64,000 nucleotides of DNA from a virus. Position 1 is the stretch's first letter. Every line of letters starts with the position of its first letter. The notes below the pieces were generated by a model. That model had not been told where the DNA came from. It did no database searches and worked only from the letters and a program-made list of their open reading frames with translations. Below are positions 16,201 through 25,300 of this stretch, piece after piece. Position numbers and translations under genes: made by a program. The stretch is taken from the IMG/VR virus record IMGVR_UViG_3300022562_000520, positions 1-64,000 of that record; one strand, given 5' to 3'.

Positions 16201-16559
16201 ATATCGTTTGTGATAGAAAGTGTGGTATTACCAACAAAGATTGCCGCCAATGGTAAATAATCTTTGTATAAGGATGAATCTGGTAAATCTGGTGTGGCGC
16301 TTGCGATACCGTCTATTGGGGGATTGAGTTGGCCATTTGGTTTTAGTGCAATTATAACCCATTTTGCATCAGCTGTTGGATTAGTAATCGGTTGTGATGT
16401 GCCACCTGAATATTCCATATATTCGCCCGTAGCCGTCCAAAAACCACCAGCGGCGACTTTAACTGTCATGTTTGGCGATGCTTGTGCTTCAACTTTCAAT
16501 GGTGCAAAATATGCACCCAATTTTTTGGCGTTATCACCTTTTGGCGGAAGACTTATCAC
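13206..16559 (-). CDS. long fibre-like virion protein with internal repeats
   Basis: GTG 16559 after AAGGAG; EVNxLNGVTSNIQxQ and LDxRYYTExE fibre motifs; 12 GSP motifs. Confidence 0.8.
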   Translation of the reverse strand: MISLPPKGDNAKKLGAYFAPLKVEAQASPNMTVKVAAGGFWTATGEYMEYSGGTSQPITNPTADAKWVIIALKPNGQLNPPIDGIASATPDLPDSSLYKDYLPLAAIFVGNTTLSITNDMIYDLRPMWQIQPDSVSQSQLDAFATVDQLNDGLATKAETFGTADEYFTLNTDGGSLPAITGAGIAVSRPGGTVSIRFVEESVGSPDSGPHWEFTNDGATWNPIGVSTGSFYSKAQLDGGALDFRYYTENELSSTGVLDSRYYTETEANALFAPISHNHTVSEITDFPVAGYVETVNTLAPVLGDISLNINDILDVTSSGAGNKHVLVHNGTNYVNRFLVTDDLNDVDTTSLAPANKHVLVHNGVKFVNRALVKSDISDFVDADHVVAKADVGSPNTGVDQDVYGIKTFKNGIIIEQNLQVLGTNTSIETNELYVKDTFVDINYGDTANLAANGTGTAGIRISRGVGGSPASNLPDAIIQWDESAKQWELGVEGSATPIVSSLSVQLDLAQHMAETGSPPSLFHMSAAQNAFLDAIMVGSPPTLATEVGYLNGVTSLIQPQIDSKIGRAGDAMDSAANLTFSGGGEVLGLPAIPSATAAASKEYVDAVQAALHAHAVDTGSPTVFHMTADQNAFLDAIVVGSPATMAAEINFLNGVTSNVQVQIDSKIGRAGDAMDSAANLTFSGGGEVLGLPTVPSATGASSKEYVDAQTSAIQAALHAHAVDTGSPTVFHMTADQNAFLDAIVLGSPAVMATEVNHLNGVTSNIQAQLNLKANFVGGSPNVVGNILRIAANGDMEDAGVAVNDAGTTVADLWTANKIDTTKADKVSGAVAGNFAGLDGSGNLTDSGSNAASFAAAVHTHVAANITDFSTAVTAELNVNNLDEMQDVAYAGIANGDFLKRVAGVWANQAPSVITDFVRTQGSIAESINGVKTFSDSTVFSSTVTVNGDLIVNGTTTTIDATNLNIDDNNITLNRNYTGATSGSTGSGITIVRGGGSPLAANAVLVWDNTLETFKAGVDGTELPLAKVGTSVAQPLYTLVSAPAGSPGAYILSWNIPTPSVGHAAIQIFVNGIKQIEGASKAYQVSGYGTGTITITFNAGSEPTALADVEIYGFGYIE
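14270..15030 (-). repeat. intragenic tandem repeat, ~318-bp unit, ~2.5 copies
   Basis: 80 bp identical at 14335-14414 and 14653-14732; KIGRAGDAMDSAANLTFSGGGEVLGLP occurs twice; HMxAxQNAFLDAI occurs three times. Confidence 0.9.
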
Positions 16560-16607
16560 TCTGTTTCTCCTTAATAAATACAATTTTTAAACGTGGGTTA
16601 AGAATTA

Positions 16608-17537
16608 ATGTCTAATAATATTTATCAGAGAAGTAAAAATTTTTTACGTAATTCTAAAAAAATACACAAAAATAGGTATGATTATAGTAAAGTTGATTAC
16701 GTAAACGCTAAAACTCCTGTTATAATTGGTTGTCCAATCCATGGTTATTTTAAACAAACGCCAGAAAAACATACCCTCAGAAAACACGGATGCCCGGTTT
16801 GTGGTGGTACATCTAAATCTAATACGTCAGAATTTATAGAAAAAGCGAACAATATACATGACAACAAATATGAATATATGTTAGTAAATTATACGGGTAA
16901 TCGGGGTAAAGTTCAGATAGTTTGTCGCGAGCATGGTGTTTTTGAACAAACACCGAAAGATCATTTAGATGGCTGTGGATGTCCCAAGTGTGGTGGAAGC
17001 GCACCACTAACACAACGCGATTTTTTAATAAGATCTATGGAAGTTCATGGTAACAAATATGATTATTCTCTGGCTAAATATGTTACAGATAGTACTAAGG
17101 TCATCATAATATGTCCTAGCCATGGTGAATTTAAACAAGCACCTATGAGTCATATGCGTGGGGCGGGGTGTCCTATATGTAATAAACCTGGACATTTTTC
17201 TGAAAAATTGTTCAATGAAAATGAAGAATTAAAGTCTAGACCTGGTAAAATATATCTTTTAGAATTTACAGATATCAATGAGAATATTAAATTTTTAAAG
17301 GTAGGTATTACACAAACCTCTATAGAAGATAGGTTTAGGCGTGGATATAAAGCTTACAAATATAATGTGTTAATAGAAAAAACACTCGATTTATATGATG
17401 CTTTTTTATTAGAGCAGCATCTAATTCGTACATTCGTTAATTCGCAATTTATACCACCCATGCCTTTTGGTGGAAGAAACGAATGTTTTACAACCCAATA
17501 TAAAGACCAAATTATTAAAACAATCTTGACATCCTAA
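16608..17537 (+). CDS. free-standing homing endonuclease-like protein: three zinc-ribbon repeats plus a GIY-YIG-like C-terminal domain
   Basis: 3x (YDYS..Y....KV.I.C..HG.F.Q.P..H....GCP.C); KIYLLEF...FLKVGIT...RF...GRNECF. Confidence 0.8.
   Translation: MSNNIYQRSKNFLRNSKKIHKNRYDYSKVDYVNAKTPVIIGCPIHGYFKQTPEKHTLRKHGCPVCGGTSKSNTSEFIEKANNIHDNKYEYMLVNYTGNRGKVQIVCREHGVFEQTPKDHLDGCGCPKCGGSAPLTQRDFLIRSMEVHGNKYDYSLAKYVTDSTKVIIICPSHGEFKQAPMSHMRGAGCPICNKPGHFSEKLFNENEELKSRPGKIYLLEFTDINENIKFLKVGITQTSIEDRFRRGYKAYKYNVLIEKTLDLYDAFLLEQHLIRTFVNSQFIPPMPFGGRNECFTTQYKDQIIKTILTS
16619..16626 (-). promoter_or_regulatory. late-type promoter GATAAATA for the fibre genes
   Basis: ATAAATA core 60 nt upstream of GTG 16559. 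Confidence 0.5.
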
Positions 17538-17554
17538 CACGTATCGTATATCAT
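17526..17554 (+). promoter_or_regulatory. sigma70-type promoter of DNA polymerase
   Basis: TTGACA-17nt-TATCAT. Confidence 0.75.
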
Positions 17555-17590
17555 ATTTGATGCTAAAAATAATAAGAATAAGGAAAATAA

Positions 17591-20230
17591 ATGGGATATA
17601 TCAATACTACAAAAATAAACAATGATGTCCTAGTATGGGAAAGAAACAATGGAAAGCGCGAAGTTGTAACACATCGTGCACCGTACTACTTTTACACAAA
17701 ATCAAAAAATGGTCAATATACAAGCATATATGGTGATAAATTAGAACGTCACGACTTTGCCACAGGCAAGGATTTCAACATAGCACGCTCTAAATTTTCA
17801 GGAATGGGGGTTAAGCTATTTGAATCAGACATTCCTCCAGAATTGAAAATCCTTTCCGAACATTATTATAACAAGCCAGCCCCAGAATTAAACGTAACCT
17901 TTTTTGACATCGAGGTTGATTATAATCCAGAAATTGGTTATTCAACTGTTGGTAATCCATATGCACCAATAAACTCTGTCGCATTATACAATGCTTGGCA
18001 AAAACGCATGGTGGTTTATGCTGTACCACCCAAAGAGTATAATGGCCAAACGGATAGGAAAACAGTTTTACAAAAATTAGACGAAATAGCAAAACTCCCA
18101 ATAGACTGTAAAGTTGATGTTGTTTTTGTTGATAATGAAGAAGAATTACTTTTATGTTTTCTTGAAGAAATTAAGGATAGTGATGTAATTTCTGGTTGGA
18201 ATAGTGAATTTTTTGACGTTCCTTACATAGGTAAACGATTAGAAAAAATGGGTAGTGTATATCTTAATCAATTATCCTTTCCTGAAGGCAGACCGCCAAA
18301 ATTTCGTGACGTTGAATTAAATTACAGAATACAAACAACATTAGATTTATCTGGTAGGATTAGCGCAGACTATTTACCAATATTTAAAAAATATGAAGTT
18401 GTTGAACGACATTCATTTACTTTAGAATCTATCGCGGAAGAAATTTTAGTTGATCCAGATACTAATGAACCGATAATGCCTAAGCTAGAATATGAAGGTT
18501 CACTTGCTGGGCTATACAGAAAGGATTTTTTAAAATTTGTACGATATAACCTTCGTGATACAGAAATTTTGAAAGGGTTTGAAGACCGTTTAGGTTATAT
18601 AGAACTTGCAAACCAAATGTGTCATCTTTCTACGGGTCTATTTAAACACGTTACTGGAACTATAAAACTATCAGAATTTGCAACGATTAACTACTGTCAC
18701 TATGAGCTTAATGGTATGATTGTTAATGATGTTCACGTTCCTGAACATACGGAAAAGGCCAAAGGTGCTTTCGTTTTACTTCCACAGATTGGTGAACATG
18801 AACTTATTGGGGCAGTCGATATAAACTCTCTATATCCATCCACCATTCGTTCCAACAATATAAGTCCTGAAACTATTGTAGGACAGTTTGTAGAAAAAGA
18901 ATTGGCATTTGAACATATAAGGGATGGTTCCTTTGCAAAGCTAACCCTCGAATTTGATTCTGGTGAAGCGTTAACCACAGGCGCAGATGAATGGCGTGAA
19001 GCTTTAAAAAATAAGAAATGGTCAGTATCTGGTTATGGTACAGTATTCACACAAGAACGCAAAGGTATCATGCCATCTATTCTTGAATATTGGTATGGAA
19101 AACGTAAAGAATACCAAAAACTTAATAAAGAAGCAAAAGAAGCTGGTGATTTAATTAAAGCAACTTACTACGATAAACTCCAATATGTTTACAAGATTAA
19201 ATTGAACAGTTACTATGGCTCTCTTTTAAATGCGTATTTTAGATTTTATGATAAACGTCTTGGTGAAAGTACGACTGCAACTAGTAGGGCAATCCTATTA
19301 CATCAATGTGCATATGTAGCTAAATTATTAGATGGAAAATATGCACCAACAGATAGGCGTGAACTCGACGAAAATGGTGATGTTCATATTGGTTATTCTG
19401 ATAAATGGTCTGTTATCTACGGTGACACAGACTCTACATATTTTAAAACTCATGCAACAACTGTAGAAGAAGCTATTGCTATTGCTGATGCTGTTGGTGA
19501 ACAGACTAGTAAATCATTTCCAGAATTTATGCGAAACGCATTTTTGTGTTGTGAAGGCTTTGATGATATTATTAAAACTGGTCGTGAAATAGTTTCAGAT
19601 AAAGGGATATTTGTTGATAAGAAACGATACTTTTTACATATTGTTGATAATGAAGGATTCAAATGTGACAAATGTAAAATTATGGGATTGGATACAAAGA
19701 AAACAACACTTCCAAGGGAAATATCCAAAGTTCTCAACAAATATATTGAACGATATTTAAAGGGTGAAGAATGGGATACACTCGCACACGAAATTGTAGA
19801 TTATAAAGATGAACTTTTTAACACAAAAGAAGTTATGTCTATTGGGTTACCAAAAGGTGTAAAAAAGGTGGAACAGTATACCCGCGAATTTCAACGAAAT
19901 GAAAAAACACGCTTACCCGGTCATGTTGCGGCTTCCATACATTACAATATGTGTCGTGAAAAATATGGTGATAAGGAAAGCCCTGAAATTACTTCAGGTA
20001 TGAAAATAAAAGTTTTTTATTTAAATAAAAACTACGGAAGATTTAAAAGTATTGCCATACCTGTTGATATCGAACAGGTTCCAGATTGGTTTCTTGATGA
20101 ATTCACTATTCATAGAAAAATGCATATTGATCGGCTTGTAGATAACCCATTTAATAACATCGTAAAAGCGATTGGGCGTGAAACCCCTTCAAAACAAAGT
20201 TTGTTGAATGATGATTTATTAGGATTTTGA
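17591..20230 (+). CDS. gp43: family B DNA polymerase with proofreading exonuclease (T4 gp43-like)
   Basis: FDIE, GWNSEFFD, YNLRD, DINSLYPS, KIKLNSYYG, YGDTDS motifs. Confidence 0.97.
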   Translation: MGYINTTKINNDVLVWERNNGKREVVTHRAPYYFYTKSKNGQYTSIYGDKLERHDFATGKDFNIARSKFSGMGVKLFESDIPPELKILSEHYYNKPAPELNVTFFDIEVDYNPEIGYSTVGNPYAPINSVALYNAWQKRMVVYAVPPKEYNGQTDRKTVLQKLDEIAKLPIDCKVDVVFVDNEEELLLCFLEEIKDSDVISGWNSEFFDVPYIGKRLEKMGSVYLNQLSFPEGRPPKFRDVELNYRIQTTLDLSGRISADYLPIFKKYEVVERHSFTLESIAEEILVDPDTNEPIMPKLEYEGSLAGLYRKDFLKFVRYNLRDTEILKGFEDRLGYIELANQMCHLSTGLFKHVTGTIKLSEFATINYCHYELNGMIVNDVHVPEHTEKAKGAFVLLPQIGEHELIGAVDINSLYPSTIRSNNISPETIVGQFVEKELAFEHIRDGSFAKLTLEFDSGEALTTGADEWREALKNKKWSVSGYGTVFTQERKGIMPSILEYWYGKRKEYQKLNKEAKEAGDLIKATYYDKLQYVYKIKLNSYYGSLLNAYFRFYDKRLGESTTATSRAILLHQCAYVAKLLDGKYAPTDRRELDENGDVHIGYSDKWSVIYGDTDSTYFKTHATTVEEAIAIADAVGEQTSKSFPEFMRNAFLCCEGFDDIIKTGREIVSDKGIFVDKKRYFLHIVDNEGFKCDKCKIMGLDTKKTTLPREISKVLNKYIERYLKGEEWDTLAHEIVDYKDELFNTKEVMSIGLPKGVKKVEQYTREFQRNEKTRLPGHVAASIHYNMCREKYGDKESPEITSGMKIKVFYLNKNYGRFKSIAIPVDIEQVPDWFLDEFTIHRKMHIDRLVDNPFNNIVKAIGRETPSKQSLLNDDLLGF

Positions 20231-20231
20231 T

Positions 20232-20441
20232 ATGGTATCAAAAGAAGAAGTAAGATTAGAATGTAAGTCTGCAAATTGTAAATCTTTAAATGATTGTTAT
20301 TTGGTCGCTGATAGAATAATTAACAAATATTCATTACTATATGGGAAGGTGCCTAATGGATTTACGTTGATGGCAGAAATTGTATATAGCGCTGCCAGGA
20401 ATTATTGGCATTCAAAAAATGAAAAAAATCTACACATCTAA
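20232..20441 (+). CDS. hypothetical protein
   Basis: 69-aa ORF directly after the polymerase. Confidence 0.55.
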   Translation: MVSKEEVRLECKSANCKSLNDCYLVADRIINKYSLLYGKVPNGFTLMAEIVYSAARNYWHSKNEKNLHI

Positions 20442-20823
20442 CTTTGCTAGAAATGGTAGCAACCCCAACGCCATTGCCATCAGTTCTATCATACCTGAAT
20501 GGTATAACGGCAAGGAAATGCGTGAACTACTAGCACCAAAATTCGATTTGGTTAAAAAAACCAAAGATGGTACATATAGTAAAGAAAAATATAAAGAAGA
20601 ATATCTTAAGCTACTTAATGATAGACAAATAGTTCCTGAAGAATTGATTGAACTTTTACCAGATGGGGCAATTCTTTTATGTTACGAAAAACCTGGAGGA
20701 TTTTGTCATAGAAGAATCCTTGCTGAATGGATTAAAGAACATATGGGGTTTGAAATACCAGAATGGAAAAGTGAAAAAGAAATGGCTAAAGATAAAATAG
20801 TTGACAGTATATTAGATTTTTAG
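20419..20823 (+). CDS. DUF488-like protein
   Basis: IYTSNF, LAP, LLCYEKPGGFCHRRILAEW; TAG stop. Confidence 0.75.
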   Translation: MKKIYTSNFARNGSNPNAIAISSIIPEWYNGKEMRELLAPKFDLVKKTKDGTYSKEKYKEEYLKLLNDRQIVPEELIELLPDGAILLCYEKPGGFCHRRILAEWIKEHMGFEIPEWKSEKEMAKDKIVDSILDF

Positions 20824-20829
20824 TATAAT
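20801..20829 (+). promoter_or_regulatory. sigma70-type promoter
   Basis: TTGACA-17nt-TATAAT, perfect consensus. Confidence 0.85.
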
Positions 20830-20876
20830 CCATAAATTATAAAAAATATAACATATTAGATAGGATAATAATAACA

Positions 20877-21578
20877 ATGAAACTTTCTCAAGAACAAATC
20901 TCATTTATTGAAAATGTAGTTAAAACAGGCCAAAGTATTGGTATTGACAATATCATTATTGAACCAGAGATGGTTCGTGCTATTGACGATGCAAGAACTG
21001 TAGTATTATATCAAAACGCAGACGTACCTGAAATGCCATTTGGTTCAGTAGGGTTGAATCGTATTGGTGTCTTTTTATCACGTCTTGAAATTGCTAAACC
21101 AAGTGAAAATTTTACACTTGACGTAACAGTTGATGATGGTGAAGAATACGCTCGTTCTATCACAATGAAGGGTACTGGATTAAAAGTTGATTATCGTTGT
21201 GCAAATCCGACGACTATTCAAGCACCGCGTCAGATTAACGACAATTTGGTATATCGCGTTCAGCTTAATGCAGATGCGGTAAGTCTACTTCAAAAGGGTC
21301 AAGTAGCTATGGGTTCTGAAACCGTTGCTATAATTTATAATGATGGTGTTTCACTAGAATTAACCGATGTTAACAGTGATGTATTTAACCACAAATTTGC
21401 ACCAGATGCTGAACTTTTAGATGACGATGCAAATCCATCCTTTTCACACAGATATCCTGTGAAAACCCTTTTAGCACTTTTCAAACAAAATCCAGACGGA
21501 TACTTTGAAATTGGTGAAAAAGGTATCCTTAGTATTACTGTTAATGGTCTTTCCATTTACGTATTACCACAAGTATAA
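20877..21578 (+). CDS. probable sliding clamp (gp45-like)
   Basis: 233-aa acidic alpha/beta protein near the polymerase, size and C-terminal YVLP pattern typical of phage clamps; inference. Confidence 0.6.
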   Translation: MKLSQEQISFIENVVKTGQSIGIDNIIIEPEMVRAIDDARTVVLYQNADVPEMPFGSVGLNRIGVFLSRLEIAKPSENFTLDVTVDDGEEYARSITMKGTGLKVDYRCANPTTIQAPRQINDNLVYRVQLNADAVSLLQKGQVAMGSETVAIIYNDGVSLELTDVNSDVFNHKFAPDAELLDDDANPSFSHRYPVKTLLALFKQNPDGYFEIGEKGILSITVNGLSIYVLPQV

Positions 21579-21648
21579 AATTTAATTGGTACATCTATCC
21601 TTTTTGGGGTTAAATAGATGTACCATATTATAATTTTAGGAGATAATA

Positions 21649-22146
21649 ATGACTATAACAACGGATGAAAACGATAATCTGGTATCTGTTCCTGCCGAGC
21701 CAGTGATGCCTGAAAATGAATCATTTAGTGAATATGAAGTAACTAAAGAACAGGCGAAATCATCAATTCTTTCTGGTGAAGATTTGGCTGACATTAAAGA
21801 GCAACTTAAAAAACAAATTATGGAAGAATTTAAAGATGAAAATACGCGCAAGATGGAACATCAACGTTTACGCCGCGAAGCAGAAGATGAACAGCACAGA
21901 CAATATGTTGAAAAAATGAAAGCTTCCCCAGATCCATGGGTTGATATTATTGGATGGGTTAGAACTGATGCTGGTGTTAAAGTTGAATTAGATTGGAACG
22001 ACGCATTTGTTGATTACCTTCGTGTTAATGGAATTAAGGGCACGGATGATGAACAAACAGTCCAAAAGTGGGTTACTCTACTTTTACGCGACATGGCCGA
22101 TGACATGGAAGAACGTTTCGGCGGTGATATAAGTGAATACGAATAA
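21649..22146 (+). CDS. hypothetical protein
   Basis: 165-aa ORF with AGGAG SD; ELDWNDAFVDYL motif. Confidence 0.75.
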   Translation: MTITTDENDNLVSVPAEPVMPENESFSEYEVTKEQAKSSILSGEDLADIKEQLKKQIMEEFKDENTRKMEHQRLRREAEDEQHRQYVEKMKASPDPWVDIIGWVRTDAGVKVELDWNDAFVDYLRVNGIKGTDDEQTVQKWVTLLLRDMADDMEERFGGDISEYE

Positions 22147-22148
22147 TA

Positions 22149-23060
22149 ATGAAATACTTAGTCTTAGATATTAGCAACCTTCTATATCGTACATTCTATG
22201 CGAATAAAGGTGAAGATGATATTACACTTGCTGGTTTAGCACATCACCAAGCACTCCTTACATTAAACAAATATTACAGAGCGCATAAACCTGATAAAGT
22301 TGTCATGTGTTTTGACCGCAAAACTTGGCGTAAAGAATATACAAAATCTGAAAAGTGTATTTCAGGTAAATTATACAAGGGTAATCGCCGTCAAGATATG
22401 ACACCAAAAGAGCGCGAAAAGTATGAACTGTTTTTAGAACATTTAAGTGAATTTGAAGAACTAATGAATGTGCGTACAAGTGTTGTATGTCTCGCTGCGG
22501 ATGGTCTAGAAGCAGATGATCTAGCAGCAGGGTTTGTCCAAATGTATTCTGGTGATGATAACGAAATTGTTGTAATAAGCACAGATAAAGATTATATACA
22601 ATTACTCGGTTTTCCTAATGTTACACTTATCAATCCTGCGGATGATAAAGAGCGCAGCCTTGATAATTGGGGTGGTGATGCTGAATTGTTTATATTTGAA
22701 AAGTGTGTTCGTGGTGACGCCGGTGACAACGTACAATCTGCTTATCCGCGTGTTAGAACAACTAGAATCCAAAAAGCATATAATGATCCCTTAGAACGCG
22801 TTAATATGATGGAAGAGACATGGACAAACCATGAAGGAAAGGAAATGCGTGTTAAGGATGTTTTTAAAGAAAATCAATTATTGATGGACTTACGAAAACA
22901 ACCAGAAGAATATCGTAATTTAATTAAAGAAACAATTCTTAATGAAATGGAAGATCCCGGCACATATTCATATTTCCACTTTCTCAAATTTTTAGGAAAG
23001 TATGATATGAAAAAGTTGGCTGGTCAAGCCGAACAATTTGCGGAGATGCTAAGCAGGTGA
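22149..23060 (+). CDS. rnh: 5'-3' exonuclease / T4 RNase H-like flap nuclease
   Basis: LVLDISN, YKGNR, LEADD, ISTDKDYIQL, RGDAGDNV motifs. Confidence 0.92.
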   Translation: MKYLVLDISNLLYRTFYANKGEDDITLAGLAHHQALLTLNKYYRAHKPDKVVMCFDRKTWRKEYTKSEKCISGKLYKGNRRQDMTPKEREKYELFLEHLSEFEELMNVRTSVVCLAADGLEADDLAAGFVQMYSGDDNEIVVISTDKDYIQLLGFPNVTLINPADDKERSLDNWGGDAELFIFEKCVRGDAGDNVQSAYPRVRTTRIQKAYNDPLERVNMMEETWTNHEGKEMRVKDVFKENQLLMDLRKQPEEYRNLIKETILNEMEDPGTYSYFHFLKFLGKYDMKKLAGQAEQFAEMLSR

Positions 23061-23420
23061 TTACTCACCTGCGTGGTCATCTACTTTTGGTTTAGGGGCA
23101 TCTTCTTTTTTATTACCCCAAAATGTAAATCCATTCCATTTTTTACCTGTAGAAGTATATAGTCCGAAAACAGCGGCAGAAATACCAACAACAGCTGTAA
23201 CCAATGCGGCGTGTTGTGTGGTAGGTGCCTGAACAATACAATCTAATGTATTTTGCGAAACACATTTGTCGATGAGGTGTGGTTCTAATGCCATATACCA
23301 CATTACTACTTTGTATAACATCCAGCAGTATAAACCTACTAAGGCACGTGGAACAATGCGCCATGCATCAAGCATTTCGGCCAATGCAAGGTGAATTTGA
23401 CGAAATCTATCTATATCCAT
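23061..23420 (-). CDS. small two-helix membrane protein (holin-like)
   Basis: DAWRIVPR then a TM helix, second TM AALVTAVVGISAAVFGLY; GGAGG SD. Confidence 0.6.
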   Translation of the reverse strand: MDIDRFRQIHLALAEMLDAWRIVPRALVGLYCWMLYKVVMWYMALEPHLIDKCVSQNTLDCIVQAPTTQHAALVTAVVGISAAVFGLYTSTGKKWNGFTFWGNKKEDAPKPKVDDHAGE

Positions 23421-23441
23421 AATTACCTCCTTGTAATCATG

Positions 23442-23453
23442 ATAAATATTTAT
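23442..23453. promoter_or_regulatory. palindromic back-to-back late promoters
   Basis: ATAAATATTTAT gives ATAAATA on both strands between divergent genes. Confidence 0.6.
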
Positions 23454-23483
23454 TATTGAATAGGTTAATTTTTGGAGAAATGA

Positions 23484-23798
23484 ATGAGTTCAGCAGTGGC
23501 AAGGATAGGTGATCCAATTTCCTGTGGAGATACCATAGCCCAAGGTAGCGGTGACGTATTTGTTAATAATATACCGGCCGTAAGATTGGGGGATATGACT
23601 ATAGGACATACACCCCCAGGGCACACCCTATATCCACCTACGCCAATTATTAATGGTTCGGGATCTGTTTTTGTTAATAATCTCCCACTGGCGCGTTTTG
23701 GCGATGCCATTGCTACACATACTGATCCTGGTCATCCATCATCACATCCACACGCAGGAACTATTAGTGTTGGTTCTAGTGATGTCTTTTCGGGGTAA
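23484..23798 (+). CDS. PAAR spike-tip protein (gp5.4-like)
   Basis: VARIGD, GSGDVFVNNIPAVRLGD, GSGSVFVNNLPLARFGD repeats. Confidence 0.93.
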   Translation: MSSAVARIGDPISCGDTIAQGSGDVFVNNIPAVRLGDMTIGHTPPGHTLYPPTPIINGSGSVFVNNLPLARFGDAIATHTDPGHPSSHPHAGTISVGSSDVFSG

Positions 23799-23801
23799 AA
23801 T

Positions 23802-24725
23802 ATGGGCGTTTGTGTACCTAAACAAAATTATTGCTATGAAAGTACTAACGGGGTAAAAGGATTTATACCAGATTTTACCGCAGGAACAGAAATCTGTGTA
23901 TTACCAGAATTTAATGAATATCGTGCTAGAAATATATTAGGCGGCGAACTATTTAGGAGTGTAAACGGTGGTACTAGTGCCAACAATATATCAATAACTT
24001 GTAGTTTTAAATATTGGAATGGTAGTACATGGGTTGATACAACCGAATCTACATATGCTGCTGCACGCGATGCATTATATACTACACCCACAATTAATAA
24101 TACTACTTTTTTTATCCAAGTAACATTAACAGTTGATGACGGTATTAATACCCCCGATATCTACACGTCTTGTCAATATCAAGTTTATTACGCTGGTGCT
24201 GGATCACCATTGACGGGTGCATGGGAGTGGAAACGTAATGCAGTTCACGATGAAAGTTATTTGCCTTCACTACCATCATCATATCCTGATAATGTTGATT
24301 ATACTGTAGGTTTTCGTAACCAATTAGTATCTAGTACAATCGCAACACTTCCTGATATTGACATTCAAACAATAGGTATTGGTTCACCAGATGGCTGGGA
24401 TTCTTCCATTTACGATCCAGACCATATAGCGAGTTTCACAAATTCTAATCTAACAGGTGGCAGCGGACCACCAGACTTACCTACTAGTGCTATACGAACT
24501 GGCCCAGCTATATCTATGATTTATATCCGTAATAGTGATGCAACCGTCGATGGTTCAATACTTACTATTGATACCGTTAAGGTGTGGGATAGTTATGTAG
24601 GTACTGGTGCGTGGGTTTCACGTACAGGTTCACCGACATCTGATGGAAATAGATGTATAGATAATAGCGATCCGCTCAATCCTGTTTATTCTGATGGCTC
24701 ACCTCAATTACCTATTACTTGTTAA
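23802..24725 (+). CDS. hypothetical, probably virion-associated protein
   Basis: 307 aa, S/T/G/P-rich, 4 GSP motifs, starts 3 nt after PAAR. Confidence 0.7.
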   Translation: MGVCVPKQNYCYESTNGVKGFIPDFTAGTEICVLPEFNEYRARNILGGELFRSVNGGTSANNISITCSFKYWNGSTWVDTTESTYAAARDALYTTPTINNTTFFIQVTLTVDDGINTPDIYTSCQYQVYYAGAGSPLTGAWEWKRNAVHDESYLPSLPSSYPDNVDYTVGFRNQLVSSTIATLPDIDIQTIGIGSPDGWDSSIYDPDHIASFTNSNLTGGSGPPDLPTSAIRTGPAISMIYIRNSDATVDGSILTIDTVKVWDSYVGTGAWVSRTGSPTSDGNRCIDNSDPLNPVYSDGSPQLPITC

Positions 24726-24801
24726 AATCGATTGGTAACTCCCCAAAAATCGCTGCTAAATAATATTAGAAATTTAGCTTTTTTCACTAAGGAGATGTAT
24801 A

Positions 24802-25230
24802 ATGGCTATAACAAAAAGACAGGGTGGTTTCCCACACGTTTACTGGATTGATTTAAAAGGAAATGGCGTATTAACAGAATGTGCCGTTTTAAAAACTGAT
24901 GGTTTTGGTAATACTTACTATATTGAACTTCCAATGTTAGATGGAATTGACAAAAACCGCATAGCGCGTATCGTACGTAATCGTAATGCGCCTAACTTCG
25001 CACTTTGGGATCTTATGAGCCAAGTTACTCTTAATAATGGTCTTAATGCACTAGATTATTTCCATCAATTGGTTAAAATTATCACACCAGAAGGTGTTAT
25101 ATTGAATCCACGTGCTGGTGAAGTTGGTACTGGTAAAGTAGATACTAATGTAACAAATAACGAAATGACACCTGCACAAAAACGTGCTGAAACGATTGCT
25201 AAGAAAAGAGCAGACGTTGAAACACAATAA
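24802..25230 (+). CDS. hypothetical protein
   Basis: 142-aa ORF with AAGGAG SD. Confidence 0.8.
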   Translation: MAITKRQGGFPHVYWIDLKGNGVLTECAVLKTDGFGNTYYIELPMLDGIDKNRIARIVRNRNAPNFALWDLMSQVTLNNGLNALDYFHQLVKIITPEGVILNPRAGEVGTGKVDTNVTNNEMTPAQKRAETIAKKRADVETQ

Positions 25231-25249
25231 AATAACTATAGTAAAAACT

Positions 25250-25276
25250 AAAAAACCCGCTTAATGCGGGTTTTTT
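25250..25276. terminator. bidirectional intrinsic terminator
   Basis: AAAAAACCCGC-TTAAT-GCGGGTTTTTT between convergent genes. Confidence 0.9.
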
Positions 25277-25300
25277 ATTATATAAAAAAATTAATAAGTA

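Noticed and set aside
17591-20230. Intein or intron in the DNA polymerase
   Set aside because: 879 aa with normally spaced motifs and no splicing signatures.
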